The position numbers and the translations under genes are program-made. The notes under the pieces were generated by a model. It was not told the DNA's origin and did not search any database. It saw only the letters and a program-made list of their open reading frames with translations. Shown here one piece after another: positions 60,816 through 64,000 of a stretch of 64,000 nucleotides of DNA. Source of the stretch: Acidimicrobiia bacterium (GTDB lineage Bacteria > Actinomycetota > Acidimicrobiia > Spongiisociales > Spongiisociaceae). The stretch is taken from contig JBFGLM010000010.1 of assembly GCA_041576165.1 (NCBI GenBank), positions 32,001 through 96,000 of the forward strand, written 5' to 3'. Numbering within the stretch: the stretch's first letter is position 1; each line of letters starts with the position of its first letter.

Positions 60816-62503
60816 TGATCACGGGCGGCGAAGCCCTGGCCCGCATGCTCGATGGGTACGGGGTGACTCACGTTTTCCACGTGCCGGCGGTGCTGCGCCG
60901 GACCATGGTCGACATCGAACGGCTCACCTCCATCAAACGGGTCCGCCCGCATGGCGAGAAGCCGGCGGCCTACATGGCCGATGGCTATGCCCGGGTATCC
61001 GGCCGTCCCGGGGTGTGTATGGCCCAGGTGGTCGGGGCCCTGAACCTGGCGGCGGGTCTGCGTGACGCCCACCTGGCCCATTCGCCCGTTATCGCAATGA
61101 CGGGCGGCCGGCTCCCCTCAACCAAGTTCCGCCGGGTCTATCAGGAAGTGGACGATGTCCCTGCCTTCGAGCCGGTGACCAAGTGGAACGCCACCATCGA
61201 CGACGTCGAACGGATTCCCGACATGATCCGCCAGGCATTCCGGGTGGCCACGACGGGGGCCCCCGGCCCCGTCCACCTCCAGTTCCAGGGCAATGAAGGA
61301 CAGCTCGATGCGCAGGAGGGACGACTCGATCCGCTGGTCGAACCGCAATTCGCCAGGGTCCCCCCCTACCGCCCGGTACCGTCAGACCGATCGGAGCTGC
61401 AGAGAGCGCTCGCCTTGCTGCAGGAGGCGGACCGGCCGGTCTTCGTCGCCGGCGGGGGAGTGCGGGCCTCGGGAGCCGGGCCGCAGCTGGTGGCACTCGC
61501 CGAGAAACTCCAGATCCCAGTGGCTACATCACTCAACGGCAAGGACTCCATCCCGGGGACGCACCCGCTGGCTGTTGGCGTTGCCGGTACCTATTCGCGA
61601 GGATCGGCCAACCTGATCGTGGGTGAGGCCGATCTGGTGTGTTTTGTCGGGAGCGAGACCGGCGGCATGACGACGCACTTCTGGCAGGTGCCGCCGCCCG
61701 GCACCCCCGTCATCCACATCGACATCGATCCGGAAGCCATCGGCAGGAACTATGCCACCGAGGTGGCCGTACACGGTGACGCCCGGTCTGTGCTCGCCCG
61801 GATGGTGGAACTGGCGGACGGCAACACCGGAGATCGGCGGGCCGGATGGATGGCCCGGGCGGCAGCCGCGGTGGAGAACTGGCGCAACGAATATGCACCC
61901 CTGCTCATGTCCGAGGACCAGCCGACCCGGCCCGAGCGATTGTGCCGCGAGCTGACCGAGCACGTTCCAGACGACGCCGTGGTGGTTGTGGACACGGGCC
62001 ACGCCGGCATGTGGATGGGCGGCATGTTCGATATCCGCAGCCCACATCAGTCCTACCTGAGAAGTGCGGGCCACCTCGGTTGGGCGTTTCCGGCGGCTTT
62101 GGGCGCCAAGTGCGCGGCGCCGGATCGGCCGGTGGTGTGTTTCACCGGCGATTCGGGGTTCTGGTATCACATCGCCGAAGTCGAAACTGCGGTCCGGTGG
62201 GGAATCAACGCGGTGACGGTCGTAAACAACAACTCGTCCGGCAATCAGTCCAAACGCGGCTTCGACCGTGTGTATGGGGGCCGCCAGACCGAGCGGGCGG
62301 AACGCGAGCTGTGGCGGTTCACCGAGGTGAACTTCGCGGCGCTGGCGAGAGAGATCGGTGCACTTGGGCTGCGGGTGGACCGGCCCGGGCAGGTGGCAGG
62401 TGCGCTCGAGGAGGCCTTTGCCGCCGACCGTCCGGTGGTGATCGACGTCGTCACGGACGTGGAGGCGCTCGCTCCCCTGGCAGTGATCGTAGGATCCGAC
62501 TGA
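60812..62503 (+). CDS. ThDP-dependent enzyme (acetolactate synthase-like family)
   Basis: GE..AAYMADGYAR, PGPVHL, GDSG..(x)..NN. Confidence 0.9.
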   Translation: MMITGGEALARMLDGYGVTHVFHVPAVLRRTMVDIERLTSIKRVRPHGEKPAAYMADGYARVSGRPGVCMAQVVGALNLAAGLRDAHLAHSPVIAMTGGRLPSTKFRRVYQEVDDVPAFEPVTKWNATIDDVERIPDMIRQAFRVATTGAPGPVHLQFQGNEGQLDAQEGRLDPLVEPQFARVPPYRPVPSDRSELQRALALLQEADRPVFVAGGGVRASGAGPQLVALAEKLQIPVATSLNGKDSIPGTHPLAVGVAGTYSRGSANLIVGEADLVCFVGSETGGMTTHFWQVPPPGTPVIHIDIDPEAIGRNYATEVAVHGDARSVLARMVELADGNTGDRRAGWMARAAAAVENWRNEYAPLLMSEDQPTRPERLCRELTEHVPDDAVVVVDTGHAGMWMGGMFDIRSPHQSYLRSAGHLGWAFPAALGAKCAAPDRPVVCFTGDSGFWYHIAEVETAVRWGINAVTVVNNNSSGNQSKRGFDRVYGGRQTERAERELWRFTEVNFAALAREIGALGLRVDRPGQVAGALEEAFAADRPVVIDVVTDVEALAPLAVIVGSD

Positions 62504-62510
62504 CTGGACC

Positions 62511-63092
62511 TCAGCTGGCCATCCGCAGCGACGTTTCGAGATCGGCACGCAGCGAGTCGGTCTCGATCGCCAACTCGTCCAGCACCGCCCCGGCCACGCC
62601 AGCGCCCTGGCGGAGAATCCCCAGCGCAATGTGCTCGGGTTCGATGATCTTGTGCTTCAGCCGTAACGCTTCTTGCAGCGCCAACTCCAATGCCCGTTTG
62701 GCCCGCGAAGTGAACGGTCTGGAGAGCAAGGGCCGCTGAGACCGGCGCCAGGCACGGGGAAAGCGCTGTCGTGCCTTCTCGAGCCTCATCTCCAACAGAC
62801 TTGGGCCCGACTCGAGTTGGAGTGCTTCTCGCACCCGGTCGAGGTCAATCCCTATGGCCTGCAGTGCCTCGCGCTCCTCGCTGTCCGAGGCGGCTAGATG
62901 GGCCAATATGGCACGTTCGAGCCGGGCCGGTGACAGTCCATGGGTGTCGAACGTGCCGGCCATCCCACCGGGCGATGACGCCAGTGCGAGAAGCAGGTGC
63001 TCGGTCCCCACCCACAGGTGGTCGAGCCGGCGAGCATGCTCCTGAGCCGACTGGATGAGATCCCGCGACTCTCTCGTGAACCTCTCAAACAT
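62511..63092 (-). CDS. Stand-alone Clp N-terminal (repeat) domain protein
   Basis: MFERFT..A..HAR.L.H..VGTEHLLLAL; PFT.RAK.ALE.AL.EA..L.H..I.PEH. Confidence 0.88.
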   Translation of the reverse strand: MFERFTRESRDLIQSAQEHARRLDHLWVGTEHLLLALASSPGGMAGTFDTHGLSPARLERAILAHLAASDSEEREALQAIGIDLDRVREALQLESGPSLLEMRLEKARQRFPRAWRRSQRPLLSRPFTSRAKRALELALQEALRLKHKIIEPEHIALGILRQGAGVAGAVLDELAIETDSLRADLETSLRMAS

Positions 63093-63312
63093 TCCGTTGC
63101 GACCTTCTTCGGCCATGTTTGCGGTGGACGGTTTGTTTGCTGACGCCCATAGCCTCTGCGATCTGCTGCCACGACCACCCAGCTCTCCGGGCATTCGCTA
63201 CATGGATGCGCTCAACTGTCTCCAAGAGTCGCCGCAAGGCGGCGACTGCTCGCAGACCCTGGGACGGATCCTTGCTGTCGACCTCTTCTGCCAGCTTCAC
63301 TGCGTTGACCAT
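63085..63312 (-). CDS. Small HTH protein resembling the ClpC2 N-terminal DNA-binding part
   Basis: V.NARRAGWSWQQIAEAMGVSKQ.VH.K; stop overlaps the Clp-N start. Confidence 0.8.
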   Translation of the reverse strand: MVNAVKLAEEVDSKDPSQGLRAVAALRRLLETVERIHVANARRAGWSWQQIAEAMGVSKQTVHRKHGRRRSQRNV

Positions 63313-63314
63313 GC

Positions 63315-63360
63315 TGTCAGCATATGCTGACAAGCTGCTGCCTGTCAACATATGCTGACG
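63315..63360 (-). promoter_or_regulatory. Leaderless sigma-A promoter covered by two 18-bp palindromic operators
   Basis: TGTCAGCATATGCTGACA (63315-32) and TGTCAACATATGCTGACG (63343-60); minus strand TTGACA-18-TATGCT-6-ATG. Confidence 0.85.
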
Positions 63361-63588
63361 GCCGGACCGGCGCAGCCGTTGGCGGCCCGACCAGCAACGG
63401 TGGTGATCCCGAGCAATGTGGTCGCCGCCGGGGCCTGAACCAGGGGAGAGACGTCGCCTGCAACATGTTACGCCCAGCCTCGAAACGTTCTCCGGAGCAC
63501 GTCACCGTGCATCCAGAACAAATCGTCGAACACGGTTCTCAACTTGCTCCGCCGCGGGCCGGACGGCGACGCTCGGTATTGTTGCCCG

Positions 63589-64000
63589 ATGGCTCACCCG
63601 CACGTGACACTGCGAAATGGAATCGAGATGCCGATGCTCGGCTTTGGCACCTGGGAGCTGCGCCGCGAGGCGGAACGGGCGGTGGCAATGGCGCTAGAGA
63701 CCGGATACCGCCACATCGATACGGCGGCGATGTATCGGAACGAAGCGGCGGTGGGTCGCGCAGTGCGGGCGAGCGGTGTGGCCCGCAGCGAGGTTTTCGT
63801 GACGACGAAGATCTGGAACAGCGACCATGGTTATGCGAGGAGCCGCAAGGCCCTCGACCGTAGCCGGCGGGAGCTGGACCTGGATCCGATCGACTTGGTG
63901 TTGATTCACTGGCCGGGCGGACGCGATCGGCTCGAAACCTGGCGGATGCTGGAGGAACGTCTTGCAGACGGGACAATCCGGGCAATCGGTGTATCCAACT
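63589..64000 (+). CDS. Aldo/keto reductase (DkgA-like), 3' truncated; absent from the ORF track
   Basis: MP.LGFGTW, GYRHIDTA..Y.NE, FVTTKIWN, DL.LIHWP, IGVSN. Confidence 0.9.
   Translation, partial: MAHPHVTLRNGIEMPMLGFGTWELRREAERAVAMALETGYRHIDTAAMYRNEAAVGRAVRASGVARSEVFVTTKIWNSDHGYARSRKALDRSRRELDLDPIDLVLIHWPGGRDRLETWRMLEERLADGTIRAIGVSN

Noticed and set aside
63526-63540. Possible SOS box TCGAACACGGTTCTC before the AKR gene
   Set aside because: Spacer is 3 nt rather than 4 and the right half is imperfect

Overview
High-GC bacterial DNA, most likely an actinobacterium (Acidimicrobiia-like, inferred from the DUF222-HNH genes, actinobacterial SOS boxes and SARP/STAND regulators). Most of the window is a paralog-rich catabolic region: 6 ACMSD-like amidohydrolase-2 enzymes, 6 Gfo/Idh/MocA dehydrogenases (two triplets), 3 CMD/AhpD proteins, 2 tandem PanE-like reductases and 2 family III CoA-transferases. 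It also encodes a CoA ligase, CitE lyase, acyl-CoA dehydrogenase, MaoC pair, ThDP enzyme, MmgE/PrpD, TauD, an enolase-superfamily enzyme and a carbohydrate-type ABC importer; three of its operons share an upstream operator-like motif. The region is interrupted by (i) two related ~1.4 kb DUF222-HNH units with conserved structured non-coding ends and a dual PafBC-type/LexA promoter, (ii) a debris region with a 269-bp duplication of a gene 3' end, and (iii) a signalling block: degenerate GGDEF, STAND ATPases, and an ECF sigma flanked by two paralogous membrane proteins. Near the right end is a split ClpC2-like HTH + Clp-N pair under two palindromic operators. No rRNA, tRNA, CRISPR array, integrase or transposase was seen. 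All calls come from motif reading by eye; no database searches were run and many start codons were re-picked manually.
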